Shown here: in pieces, positions 1 through 12,578 of the stretch
Position numbering within the stretch: the first letter of the stretch is position 1
How the letters are laid out: every line of letters begins with the position of its first letter
Origin: Octopus vulgaris
Lineage: Eukaryota
Length of the DNA stretch: 64,000 nt
Direction: 5' to 3'
Assembly (NCBI GenBank): GCA_951406725.2
Contig: OX597830.1
Span: forward strand, 64,232,001 to 64,296,000
Made by a program: the position numbers and the translations under genes
Notes under the pieces: model-generated
The model's input: the letters and a program-made list of their open reading frames with translations, nothing else
Told to the model about the DNA's origin: nothing
The model's database searches: none

Positions 1-762
1 CTGGTACTTAATGTTATCGAACATAAAACAAAAAAATCAAAGCTGACCGCTGTAGAATATGGATTGAAAGAGCTGAAAGAACTGGCGCAAATATTGCTTC
101 CACCTCGACGCTCTGACGATTCTGCTCACAAATAATCCTTTCTACTGTAGGCACAAGGCCTGAAGATTTGGGGGCGGGGATAGTCGATTACATCGACCTC
201 AGTACATAACTGGTACTTATTTAATCGACCCCGAAAGGATGAAAGGCAAAGTCGACTTCGGCGGAATTTGAACTCACAACGTAACGGCAGACGAAATACG
301 GCTACGCATTTCGCCCGGAGTGCAAACGTTTCTGCCAGCTCGCCGCCTTATTCTGCTAATAAATAATCTTTTCTATTCTAGGCGCAAGGCCTGAAATTTT
401 GGGGAGGGGCCAGTGGATTAGATCGACCCCAGTATGAAACTAGTGCTTAATTTAAGACCTCGAAAGAATGAAAGGCAAAGTCACCCTCAGCGGAATTTGA
501 ACTCAGAACGTAGCAGCGGACGAAATACCTATTTCTTTACTACCGACAAGTGGCTAAACACAGAAGGGATAAACAAAGACAGACACATGGATTAAGTCGA
601 TTACATCGACACCAGTGCGTAACTGGTACTTAATTTATCGACCCCGAAAGGATGAAAGGCAAAGTCGACCTCGGCGGAATTTGAACTCAGAGCGTAACGG
701 CAGACGAAATACGGCTACGCATTTCGCCCGGCGTGCTAACGTTTCTGCCAGCTCGCCGCCTT
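1..762 (-). mobile_element. Cluster of family-A tRNA-derived SINE copies (one degenerate, one monomer, one dimer)
   Basis: Reverse complement of the AAGGCGGCGAGCTGGCAGAA...GAGTTCAAATTCCGCCGAGGTCGACTTTGCCTTTCATCCTTTCGGGGTCGAT repeat, which has A/B-box-like motifs and occurs more than 20 times in the window. Confidence 0.9.
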
Positions 763-924
763 ATTCTGCTAAACAAATAATACAAATCTCATTGTTTGAT
801 TTGTTATTGTATTTCATGGTATCCAACCATTTTGCACTCCATTCTTTTGAAGCGGTACACCATCTTTGCTGGACATGATCAAGAGGTATGCAAGAAGGAA
901 AAGAGGAGAACTTCTGAAATCTTT

Positions 925-1217
925 TGTCTTGGACTAGTTTCAGTTATTGGATTGCGTTCATGCACGGGTACCGCATTGAAGGGTTTTAGTCGAACAAACT
1001 GACCCCGGTACTAATTGCTTTATAAAGTTTAGAACTTATTTCATCGGTACTTTTTGCCGAACCACTGACTTACAGGGGGATAAACAAGACAACACCGGTT
1101 GTAAAGCGGTAGCTGGGGGTGACAATTACAGACATAAAAACACGCGCGAACGCTTATATATGCATCCATCTGTCAGTCTGTATGTCCGTCTGTCCGTTTG
1201 TCTCTATCTACCTGTCG

Positions 1218-1288
<71 letters not shown>

Positions 1289-1383
1289 AATCAATCTATC
1301 TATCTATCTATCTATTCACCTATCTATTCACCTATCTATCATACACACATACACACACTCTCTCTCTCTCTCCACACAAACAC

Positions 1384-1428
<45 letters not shown>

Positions 1429-1595
1429 TATACGTCAGTCTTTCACACAGTTTCCGTCCACCAAATCGACGCACGAAGCCTTGATGGGCCCGGAGTCATA
1501 ACAGAAACCACTAGTCCAAAGTGCTGCAGCCGCACAGTGGGACCGAATCCCGAATCTACATGGCTGCAAATTGATCCTCTTAAAATCACGCAACG
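925..1595 (-). mobile_element. Degenerate family-B SINE with an internal (CTAT)n/(CA)n microsatellite
   Basis: Colinear with the better-preserved copies at 12157-12578 and 25288-25750. Confidence 0.75.
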
Positions 1596-1914
1596 AAACC
1601 TTCAGACAAAAGGTAAGAACTACAACGATCGATATGCGAGGATCAAATTATGTTAGTTATCGGTTGCTGAGTTTCGTTTTTAAGTTGAGCTTTAGGGCGA
1701 ATTTGAAACCGTGTCTCAACCTTCACAGCTTAGGCTGCAACATGACGTAACGTCTTTAGAGAAACTCTTAATAACCCCGTGTGAAATTAGTGCAATGTAA
1801 TGTACCAGGTGACCCTAGTCGAGTAAGTGTTGTTGTTGTTGTTGTTGGTGTGGTGGTGGTGGTGGTGGTGGTCAGTAAGCTTTGCTTGAGGGTAAATGAA
1901 AGATTAAGCAATAG

Positions 1915-1955
1915 TAAAACACACATACACGCATTCACATACACGTATATACCCG

Positions 1956-1986
<31 letters not shown>

Positions 1987-2241
1987 ACAACATGTACATA
2001 TGCATAGACCAGCGCACAAACGCAAACATATACATTCGTAGACACACACACACACATATATATACATATACATATACACTCACACACACCAGTGTTTACG
2101 CTCGTATATACACACACACACATACATATACAAGCACCTACATATCCATTCGCAAACACACACCCTTCAACACATACACATTAACATACACACCCACACT
2201 AGTGCACACGTACATTTGTAAACACGCTTCAAGACAAACAT

Positions 2242-2282
<41 letters not shown>

Positions 2283-2445
2283 AACACACGCACAAACACA
2301 CACACACATACACACACACACACAAACACACGCACAAACACACACACACATACACACACATACACACACACACATACACACACACACACACAAACACGCA
2401 CAAACACACACACACATACACACAAACACACAGACACACACTTCA
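1915..2445. repeat. (CA)n-rich compound microsatellite
   Basis: Seen directly. Confidence 0.95.
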
Positions 2446-2574
2446 CGTACAACAGATCCTTGGACATACAAGAGAAGAGTTTTGTAAAAGTTTTGCTTGG
2501 GTTAATTGTTTGGACAGCAAATTACAGTTGGTAATTAGCGTAAAATAAAGTTATTCTTGTTGGTGTTTGTTTTT

Positions 2575-3470
2575 GTGATTGGGAGGCGGTGGTGGTGGTG
2601 GTGGTGGTGATGGTCGGGTGGTGGTGGTGGTGGTGGCGGTGGTAGTGATAGTAATGGGTGGTGGTGGTGGTGGCGGTAGTGATAGTAATGAGTGGTGGTA
2701 ATGGTGGTGGTGGCAATGATGGTCGGGTGTTGGTGGTGGTGGTGGTGGTGGTAGTAGTGATAGTAATGGGTGGTGGCGGTGGTGATGATGGTGGTGGTGG
2801 TGGTGGTAGTGATGGTAGCGGGTGGTAGTGGTGGTGGTGGTAATGATAGTAATGGGTGGTGGCGGTGGTGATGGTGGTGGTGGTGGTGGTGGTAGTGATG
2901 GTCGGGGGTGGTGGTGATGGTGGTGGTAGTGATAGTAATGGGTGGTGGCGGTGGTGATGGTGGTGATGGTGGTGGTGGTACTGATGGTCGGGGGTGGTGG
3001 TGGTGGTGGTGGTAGTGATAGTAATGGGTGGTGGCGGTGGTGATGGTGGTGATGATGGTGTTGGTACTGATGGTAGCAGGTGGTAGTGGTGGGGGTGGTA
3101 GTGATAATAATGGGTGGTGTGGTGGTGGTGATGATAGTGGTGGTAGTGGGTGGTGGTGGTACTGGTAGTGATGGCAGAGGGTGATGATAATGGCTGTGGT
3201 AGGAGTAGTGGTTTGTTTGTTAAAGAGTGATGGTGGTTGTGGTGGCGGTGATAGTTGCTGTGGTGGTTGTGTTGGTAGTGGTGATGGTATAAATGGTGGC
3301 GGTAATAGTGGTTGTAGAAGTGGTGTTGGTGGTGGTGGTAACAGTAGTGGTCGAGTTTCAGGTGGTAGTGGCGATGGTAACGGTGGTGGTAGAGAGTAAC
3401 TATGCCAATGTTAGTTGTGGTTTCGTGGTGGTAGTAGTGGTGGTGGTGTTGGTGGTAGTGGTGGTGGGAG
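2575..3470. repeat. (GGT)n-based low-complexity minisatellite
   Basis: GGT runs with recurring GTAGTGATAGTAATGGG and GATGGTCGGG units. Confidence 0.9.
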
Positions 3471-4699
3471 CTATAGGGTGTCTTACTGCTCCCTGTCTTG
3501 AAAAATATAGCAATGGGATGTGTAACCATCCTCTTGCTCTTCCTCCTCCTTCTCCGGTTCCACTGACATTATTAGCATTCACTTCAGTTGATGAATACCA
3601 ACGTTAATTAATTTGCCTCGAGTTATGCCATGCTGTTGATTCCAAATAAGGATGAAACAGTGGTATACGTGGATTCCAACGACTAGAAACTTTAAGATCT
3701 TAATATTGTGTAGAAAAATATATTTATTAAATGCGTACATTTGCATACTTTTTTCTTTACTCTTTCGTGTAAATTTCAAACTTTCAAACCCACACCCAAC
3801 TTAATCTAGAACGGATTGTCTCCCCTATAATAGTTCACCACCAAGGGTACACCGCGTATTTAAGCTACTCCAAAATTACAGTCTTATTGAACCTGTTAAA
3901 AGGATTTTGTTCCCGAAAAATGGAGGTCATGGAGCTCTAAAATGTGAGAGTTATTGGGGGTGGGCATCTTAATGTCAACCAGAGAAGTTGAATTGTTGAG
4001 AATCTTTTCAACTTGGGTCTTATATCTATTGTTTGATTTTCTTTGAAATAGGAAATATATGTTCACTGGGTTTGTAAAAGAGAGTAAAGCTACAGGAAAC
4101 GAACAGACGAATGATCACAATGAGCAGTCAGCTACAGTACCCTAGTCGTTGCCACTCCTAATGTAGTATTCCTCACCATCAAGGTGACAGGCACCGCCGT
4201 AAGATGCATTACGAATCTATAGCAACTGGAAGGGCGTGACCCAACTGAAATAAACGTTAACAACTGTGTGACGTGAGGGCTAAGGAAAAATGAAAGTTGG
4301 AGTTTGCAAATGACCACTATACTGATACGTAACTGGACAGAATAAATATACAATCTAAAATGTCTTTGAATAACCAGTCTCTCATCTGGGAAGGCCTTGA
4401 AATCAATGTTACCATGTGGGGACTATATGTGACCCAGTGACAATAAAAAGACTGAAAGGAGATCTGCAATCAAATAACTTTACTCAACACTTTGCAACTG
4501 AATTAGTGGAGGCAAAGATGCCTCTCATTTACTTGACAATTTATGCAGCACATTGCAGAAATCACAATCTAAGTGTATGTCAAAGCAAACTCTTACACTG
4601 TTGTACCATTGAATTACAAATAATGCTCATCTTCTATGCTCTGATGACCCCACAGCTTCCAAGAGTACAACTATTCGTCTTTGTTTAGATAAAATGAAA

Positions 4700-5336
4700 A
4701 AATTGTGGGTGTTAAGTCCCCATGAAGGAGTCTTTCTAACTTATAAGAAGATGAAATTTTATAAATATTACTTCATTTGTATCTAATATGTATGGTTAAA
4801 ATTTCATCAACAGCAAAAATATATGAATTGTCATGGGGATTGTGGCCCCTATGCATAGAATATAATTTCCAAATTTCATAAAAATCCATTCAGTACTTTT
4901 GACTTATTTTTGGATCATGATAGAAATGACTAAAATTTGGGGGTTAAGGCCCCCATTAGGGTGTCTTAGAATCCTCATGTGAAGTGGAAACTTTAATAAT
5001 ACTTCTTGATGTGTGTGAATTACCCATGGTTGAAATTTCATCAACATCGAAAATTTATGAATTTTCATGGGGGTTCTGCCCCCTTTAAGCCATCTGAAAT
5101 TCAAATCAAACATATTGCATTATACCCGCCCTTATGCATTGAATCTAAGTTTCAAATATCATAAGGATCCATTCAGTAATTTTGGTCCATGAAATTGTAT
5201 GAAACACACAGCATTACCCTTCTCCCTAGGCTTTGATTTTGTGTTCCAAATTTCATTGTGATCGGTGCAGCAGTTTTCGAATGTATAAGTAATACACAAA
5301 CACATAAAGACATTGTCTTTGATATAATAAATATGA
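4700..5336 (-). mobile_element. Old Helitron-like non-autonomous element (5' part recognisable)
   Basis: Minus strand starts TC...TATATCAAAG, then a GT-rich tract, then ACCGATCACAATGAAATTTGG, resembling the 5' region of the Helitron at 33339. Internal AAATTTCATCAAC repeats. 3' end not found. Confidence 0.4.
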
Positions 5337-5402
5337 ATGTACACATATACATACATGTATATATATATATGTGTGTGTGTGCGTGTGTGTCTGTATTATA
5401 TA

Positions 5403-5563
<161 letters not shown>

Positions 5564-5579
5564 CAAGATAAATTGATAG

Positions 5580-5718
5580 ATACAACTAAGCTACGAGCAT
5601 TAGATTTCTTTGAAAAAGGATCGAATGTATACGAAACAAGGACAGAAAAACGGACGATGTTACACGAATATAAATACAACAAAAAACAAATAATAATACG
5701 AATATAAATACAAAAACA

Positions 5719-5793
<75 letters not shown>

Positions 5794-6272
5794 GGACATA
5801 ACAACTGGCGTCTTTCGACCAGGGACGACTTGAACTCAGCTAGCGTATTTGAGAAATAAGGCCTCACGGTCACGTGAGAAGAGAAGGGAGAGAAAAAGAG
5901 GGGCAAAGGAATTATAGAGGGGGAGAAGAGAGAGAAAAGGAGGAACAAAGGTACTAAGGAGGGGGAGAACAAAGAGAGCGTGTCAAGGATTGGCGAGAAA
6001 AAAGAAAGACAGGGACAGTGAAGTGCAAAGTAAGAAAGGCAAAGAGATGTGAGAGAGGGGGAGAGAGTAGACCGAAAAAACAAGGATTAGCAAGGAAAGA
6101 GAAAGACAGGGACAGGGGCTGGCCAGATTGGAGCAATCTCAAGATTAATCAGCCGAAATTGCGAGGATGATCCGGTTCTTGACTGAAGATTAGAGGCTTC
6201 GAATGACCCGTCCGTGTTTTTTGCATCGTCTATTTGAATGTTTTGCGTTGTTGTCCTATTTTGTATTTATAT
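5580..6272. mobile_element. Probable PLE-type fragments in opposite orientations between (TA)n and (TAA)n
   Basis: 5620-5715 loosely resembles the reverse complement of 6205-6270. Purine-rich tract lies between them. Confidence 0.3.
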
Positions 6273-6273
6273 A

Positions 6274-6908
6274 CTAGCAGTATCGCCCGGCGTTGCTCGG
6301 GTTTGTAAGGGAAATAACTATATAAGCATTTTTAGAGAGTTATAGCCAAAAAATAGCAAAAAATGCATTAAAAATGGAAAAAATATGATGGTAAATTTTT
6401 TGAAAAATCGTTGACTCATCGTAGACATTTTTAGAGAGTTACTTCCCTTATATAATAGCGAAAAAATGCATTAAAATGGAAAAAAACGATGGTAAATTTT
6501 TTTTTAATCGTAGACTCATGTAGACGCTTTCTTAGCCATTTCTGTTTTGGTGTCTTCAAGCCATGAAGTCGTTGTTCTAAAAGAACGCTGGTCTCCTTGA
6601 CAACGCATTACGACGTTGATTACCTTGCACTCCCTTCCCCACATGTGCAGGTGTGAGCGTGGACGCCAACTCCGCCGCCATCGACACACGAAAAATTATG
6701 CATTAAAATGGAATAAAAAATGATGTTAAATTATTTTTAAAATCGTAGACTCATCGTAGACGCGCGCTAATACTCAGACGGGCTCGATATGAATCACGAC
6801 TATAAGCTACCCGAATTTGGTTAAACTGCACCGCAAAATGTGGGAGTAGTTAGGAATCTAAATCGAAGGGGACAGACACTCACACAACTACAGTTTTATA
6901 TATATAGA
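6274..6908 (-). mobile_element. Non-autonomous Helitron, family X
   Basis: Minus strand has 5' TC and 3' CCCGAGCAACGCCGGG hairpin plus CGATACTGCTAG. Inserted between A and T with no TSD. Homologous to 10125-10518. Confidence 0.85.
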
Positions 6909-6921
6909 TATACATAGCGCA

Positions 6922-7360
6922 GTAGTGGTGAGATGTGACAGCAAAGAAAAGCATACATTCACTCTCTGCATGCAATTAGACTCGGAAAGTTCGTGAGGAA
7001 CCCATTGACCCAATTTGCTGACTTTTCCGATAGCACACAGGTCTCAATGAATGGTTGAATAACCAAATCCAAGCTTCTCTGCTAGTTCCTCAACAGTTAC
7101 GATGAGATTTTGTTCCACCAGGGTTTTCAGGATGTCCTTGTCGAGTTCTACAGATCTTTCAGGATGAGGCTCGTCTTCTAGGCTGTTCCAATATAGCTTT
7201 GAAAAAAATAGCTGTTAAAATCGAAATGCACTCTTCAAAACTTACACTATGAATAAGGACAAGATAAAATTACTACCTGCTTTTATAGCAAGTTAATATA
7301 AGTAGTTTATCCCATTCCCCTCTGACTTTTAGTTCAAGCTGTTGAAAAAACCGCATTATT
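6922..7360 (-). mobile_element. Mariner transposon 5' remnant with internal deletion (pseudo-transposase)
   Basis: Minus-strand translation SLEDEPHPERSVELDKDILKTLVEQN...KVSKLGQWVPHELSESN contains the mariner WVPHEL motif and one stop. TIR-like AATAATGCGGTTTTTT near 7345-7360. Confidence 0.85.
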
Positions 7361-7625
7361 ATATATATACATACATACATACATACATATACACACACAC
7401 TCTCTCTCTCACACACATGCACACATTTATATTCTGTTATTCTTTTATATGTTTCAGCCTTGAGGTTGTGGCCATGCTGGATCATGTGTGTGTGTGTGTG
7501 TCTATCTGTCTGTATGTCTGTATGTATATATGTATATGTATGTGTGTGAACAATAATATTTTCAACAGATGTGTTGCAAATGTATCTGATTGTTCTCAAG
7601 CTTCAATACTGTGTGTGTGTGTGTA

Positions 7626-7658
<33 letters not shown>

Positions 7659-7721
7659 ATGTATGTATGTATATGTATGTATGTATGTATGTGTGTATGT
7701 ATGTGTGTGTGTATGTATGTA

Positions 7722-7753
<32 letters not shown>

Positions 7754-7934
7754 AGTGTATGTTTACTTTATTACTAACACAAGCCAGTACGGTTATTTAA
7801 TGTAAAGTCTTCCTCAAATCACTATCTCTGGCTATTTACTCTCTTCCAAGAACATTTTCACTCACACTTATGTGTTAGCTTCCCATACATTTTACTCATG
7901 TATCTATCAGCGTGATAGACAGAAACAAATATTA

Positions 7935-8208
7935 CATCTAGTTTTACTTTATTCGTTGCCCACTGTGTGTGTGCGTTTGCGTGTGTTGTAAACCAGACTA
8001 AGAAAAGCATTTGACACACACACCAGAATGTGAGTTTTCTGTAAATTTTGCTTAATTGGAGTTTAAATTTTAAAAACTGGACCTGGCATGACGGGATGCA
8101 TTGTACTCTTAAAAATGGTAGGTAAATTGTAATTGAAGAAATCCTATATTGTAGATTTGTATAACTTCCAAAGGGAGGCAGATAAAATCTGCCTTTTATA
8201 ATAAGAGA
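7935..8208 (-). mobile_element. Helitron family Y, 5' fragment
   Basis: Reverse complement of 8702-8975. Starts TCTCTTATTATAAAAGGCAG. Confidence 0.8.
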
Positions 8209-8236
8209 TATATAGCAGCGTACGTACACCTTGTTT

Positions 8237-8285
<49 letters not shown>

Positions 8286-8305
8286 TATATACATATATAT
8301 ATGTA

Positions 8306-8354
<49 letters not shown>

Positions 8355-8356
<2 letters not shown>

Positions 8357-8625
8357 TCGTCGCCCTTTTCAAACCTAGCCAGGCTCGTGGGCCCGGTTCC
8401 CCGGTTTCTGTGGCGTATGTGTTCCCCCCAGCTGAACGGGACGCCAGTCCATCGCAGCGTTGCTCAAGAAACAGGAAGAGAGAGTGAGAGAAAGTTGTGG
8501 TGAAAGAGTACAACAGGGGTCGTCACCCCTCCCCCCCCTGCCGGAGCCTCGTGGGGCTTATAGGTGTTTCCGCTCAATAAACACACGCTTGGTCTGGGGA
8601 TCGAAACCACGATCCTCCGACCGCG
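8355..8625 (-). mobile_element. Family-C SINE variant (truncated head, different tail)
   Basis: Shares GAGAGAAAGTTGTGGTGAAAGAGTACA...CGCTCAATAAACAC...GAAACCACGATCCT with 24443-24831. Confidence 0.8.
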
Positions 8626-9207
8626 AATATATGTATATATATATATCTCTCTTATTATAAAAGGCAGATTTTTATCTGCCTCCCTTTGTAAGTTATAGAA
8701 ATCTCTTATTATAAAAGGCAGATTTTATCTGCCTCCCTTTGGGAGTTATACAAATCTACAATATAGGATTTCTTCAATTACAATTTACCTCGCATTTTTA
8801 AGAGTACGATGCATCGCGTCATGCCAGGTCCAGTTTTTAAAATTTAAACTCCAATTAAGCAAAATTTACAGAAAACTCACATTCTGGTGTGTGTGTCAAA
8901 TGCTTTTCTTAGTCTGGTTTACACCACACGCAAACGCACACACACAGTGGGCAGCGAATAAAATGAAACTAATTCACTTACTGTAGTGAGTGATTCTTTC
9001 ACTCTGCCTCCCACTTCCTCTTTCAACACATACGCACGCAAATATATAAATAAAATTGTAAGCTAACGTGCGTGTGTGTTAGTCTGTGTGTGTGTGTGTG
9101 TGTGTGCGCGTGTGTGTGTGTGTGACGGTGCGTGTGTGTGTGTGTGTGCGTGTGCGTGAGTGTGTGACAGGAAAGTTTTAGACGAATATAACACCTATAT
9201 CCAAGTA

Positions 9208-9402
9208 GCAGAAAGATAAGACAGTAAGGTGTGATTTGAGGGAGATTTGGCTGCTATTTCTAGCATGTCTAGCTGCCATGTAGGGGTCTCCCTCATAGGC
9301 TCATACATACATATATACATAGATAAGACAGTAAGGTGTGATTTGGGGGAAATTTTGCTGCTATTTCTACCAGGTCTAGCTACCATGTAGAGGTCCCCCT
9401 CA
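9208..9402 (+). repeat. Two copies of an ~80-bp repeat (GATTTGAGGGAGATTTGGCTGCTATTTCTAGCA family)
   Basis: 9212-9295 is similar to 9321-9402. Related sequence near 54620-54680. Confidence 0.75.
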
Positions 9403-9701
9403 ATTCTTTTATTCTTCTGCTTTTTCCAGCCATTGCTCTGTGGCCATGCTGGGGCAATGCCTTGAAGAATTGTAGTTTAATGAATCAACTCCAGTTTTAT
9501 TTTTGTAAGCATTGTACTTATTCTATCTGTTTCCTTTGTCAAACCACTAGGTGACAGGGATGTAAACAAACCAACATTCGTTGTCAAGCAGTGGTGGAGG
9601 ACAATCACAAGCACAGACACGCACACACACACACATACATGCATACACATATACACACATACATACATACATACATATATATATATGTGTGTATATATAT
9701 A

Positions 9702-10025
9702 TTGCAGCGTGGAAGGTGTTAGTAAGCCATTTAAGAAACACACAAAAACCGTTACATTCACTTCAACATTTAAATTTAATTTGCCAAAATATTTTCGTCG
9801 CTTTCAGACCGCGACCTGTTCACTGACAAAAATATCGTGCTAACAGGTCGCGGTCTCAAAGCGACGAAAATATTTTGACAAATTTAATTTAAATGTTGAA
9901 GTGAATCTAACGGTTTTTGTGTGTTTCTTAAATGGCTTATAAACACCTTCAACGCTGCAACTGTTTTCGTTCCAGCACACGATCTCAGATCAAGTCACTT
10001 GCTATGCAAGTACATCTCTGTAACT
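9702..10025. mobile_element. PLE-type fold-back insertion (119-bp inverted arms plus tail) in (TA)n
   Basis: Arms 9702-9820 and 9842-9960, then ~65 bp of unpaired tail, with (TA)n on both sides. Confidence 0.7.
9782..9828 (-). ncRNA. Minimal type-I hammerhead ribozyme motif, G3-C8 core variant
   Basis: TGTCA GTGAACA G GTCGC-ggtctgaaa-GCGAC GAAAA-ta-TTT TGGCA. Confidence 0.6.
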
Positions 10026-10124
10026 ATATATATATTTATATATATATATATATATGTATATTGGTAAAAACAGTAAGATAACAAAAGAAAGAAAGAGACC
10101 TCAATATTATGTAAATAGAGGACA

Positions 10125-10518
10125 TCTTTATATATAAAAGTGAGGTTGTGTGTCTGTCTCCTACGATTTAGATTCCTAACTACTCCCACATTTTGCGGTG
10201 CAGTTTAACCAAAACCGGGTATCTTATAGTCGTGATTCATATCGAGACCGTCTGGGTATTAGCGCGCGTCTACGATGAGTCTACGATTTAAAAAAAAATT
10301 TACCATCAATTTTTCCCATTTTTAATCCATTTTTGACATATATAAGGGAAGTAACTCTCTAAAATTTATTATTAAATCTCAGAACGTAAAAAGCTACAGT
10401 AACACCCCTCCCCTTTGTGGTTAGCCATATTGAGATGGCTATTATACTTTACATCTCTAAAAATGCTTATATAATTATTTCCCTTACAAACCCGAGCAAC
10501 GCCGGGCGATACTGCTAG
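10125..10518 (+). mobile_element. Non-autonomous Helitron, family X
   Basis: TC start after A; CCCGAGCAACGCCGGG hairpin and CTAG end. Confidence 0.85.
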
Positions 10519-12156
10519 TCTACAATATAGGATTTCTTCAATTACAATTTACCTAGCATTTTTAAGAGTAGAATGCATCGGGTCATGCCAGGTCCAGTTT
10601 TTAAAATTTAAACTCCAATTAAGCAAAATTTACAGAAAACTCACATTCTGGTGTGTGTGTCAAATGCTTTTCTTAATGTGGTTTACACCACACGCACACG
10701 CACACACACAGTGTGCAACGAATAAAATGAAAGTAAATAGCGACAGAGTGATTTGAGGAAGACTAAACTGAAAGTATTTAAACCACTACTCAAAAAATAA
10801 AAAAACACAGCAAACAGAAACAAATAAATACATAACGATTTAGTCCTCACACAATTTCTTCAATTAGAGTGTACCCATGATTTTTCAGAGTACTTCAGTG
10901 GGTGATGCCATAAAAAATTTCTATCAATTTTACCACCAATTAAGACAAAATTCGAGAAAACTCAATATTTTAACATTTCACTCCGAAAGCATTGATGTAC
11001 ATGTGTGCGTGCGTGAGTGTGTGTGTGTGTGTGTGTGTGTGTTTGATGGGTTGTGCGACACAGAAAGTGTGGTGTGTAAGTGAAGTGCTTTTGTTAGTGT
11101 GTGTAAAGAGACAGACAGAGTGAAAGACAGAAATAAGCGCGCGTAATTGAAAGTTTTCACTATGATATCATCACGTGCGAAAAAATTCGAAGGGTTTTGA
11201 ACAATTGAGATACAGATGTCACGCCTGTATTGAAACCATTGCTAAGCTGCCGTAATTGCTTAATTAAGACTTTGTTTAAATTGAAAGGGGCAAATATGTG
11301 ACGAGGTTGAAAAAAAATACCCCAGAAAAAAAAATGTACTGCTGGTATTTATATAATTCACTACTATTTTGCTACAATGTCATGAAAAAGAAAAAATTTA
11401 GGTATGTAAATCGAATTCGCCACCCCCTTTTCCCCGTTCGCGTTTGTGTAAAAAAAATTATTATTTAAGTTTTAAAAATTATTTACTTTGTTCAAAAAAT
11501 ATTAATATTAATTAATTTTCAAGAATTATTTAATTTTATTCTGTAAAATAGTAATTAATTCATTTATCTGTAAATCCGCGAGGTTGTTACTCAGGCACCT
11601 AGAATGGTAACCTTCAACTAACACTATCTCCTCCGAGACCCTGCGGCGCAAGTTGACCAAAATTGAGAGTATGGTAGAAGAAGGGTTGCTCTTCCTTCCG
11701 TAGAACATAAAATTCAAATCGGACCATGTTAACACCAAAAATTATTTACATCAAAAAGATGCTTTTTTCTATGAAAATCCCTATTTTTTACGATTTTTTC
11801 ACTGCTGTGTCGCCACTTTTCGGTGTATTTCGACCAGAAAAATGTTCACAAAATTTTTACTTTTCAAAATTACAATTCCAGCGGGTCGAAACAAACCCGA
11901 GCAACGCCGGGCGATACTGCTAGTATATATATATACACAGTCGTCCTGCTTTAGCTAGTTATGCCACCTGGGTAGAGCCTGTGGATTGCGTGAAAGCACC
12001 AGACGTGTTATAAAATGTTGTCTGAGTTGTTTTCCCTCGCATGAAACTAATAGTAGCTCATAAAAATATATACTGTGTTTTTATTTAATTATATTTATCT
12101 TTCACACAGATGGAGTGCGTTTTTTTTTTGTTGATCATACCATCACGTAACAGTAC

Positions 12157-12381
12157 TCTCTTTACTCTTTACTCTTTTACTTGTTTCAGTCATTTGACTG
12201 CGGCCATGCTGGAGCACCGCCTTTAGTCGAGCACTTCGACCCCGGGACTTATTCTTTGTAAGCCCAGTACTTATTCTATCGGTCTCTTTTTGCCGAACCG
12301 CTAAGTGACGGGGACATAAACATCGGTTGTCAAGCAATGCTAGGGGGACAAACACAGACACAAACATACACGCACACACAC

Positions 12382-12412
<31 letters not shown>

Positions 12413-12578
12413 CGACGGGCTTCTTTCAGTTTCCGTCTATCAAATCCACTCACAAGGCATTGGTCGGCCCGAAGCTATAGTAGAAGACACTTGCCCAAGG
12501 TGCCACTCAGTGGGACTAAACCCGGAACCATGTGGTTGGTTAGCAAGCTACTTACCACACAGCCACTCCTGCGCCTAT
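12157..12578 (-). mobile_element. Full-length family-B tRNA-derived SINE with internal microsatellite
   Basis: tRNA-like head (TGGCTGTGTGG...GGTTCCGGGTT), CCTTGGGCAAGTG core, internal (TA)/(TG) tract, (GTAAAAGA)n tail. Confidence 0.9.

Larger units (their letters stand above)
8702..10518 (+). mobile_element. Composite Helitron: Y-type 5' end, captured repeats, complete X element at the 3' end
   Basis: Begins TC and ends CTAG. Sits in an A|T site of the host Y copy. Confidence 0.65.
8646..11923 (+). mobile_element. Helitron family Y (8646-8701 joined to 10519-11923), interrupted by a nested insertion
   Basis: 5' TC start. The sequence breaks at GTTATAGAAA and resumes exactly as TCTACAATATAGG at 10519. 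Ends with hairpin plus CTAG at 11920-11923, followed by T. Confidence 0.8.

Noticed and set aside
615-878. Recurrent MRNWYLIYRPRKDERQS ORFs (also at 23183, 29694, 45285, 63014)
   Set aside because: They are antisense translations of the family-A SINE, not a gene family.
2522-3529. 335-aa His/Thr/Pro-rich ORF
   Set aside because: It is a translation of the (ACC)n-type minisatellite, with no domain and no splice support.
4080-4690. Possible coding or transposase remnant
   Set aside because: I found no recognisable motif in the frames I read.
6175-6215. CTGAAGA...TTCGAATGACC as a hammerhead
   Set aside because: No GAAA and no convincing stems.
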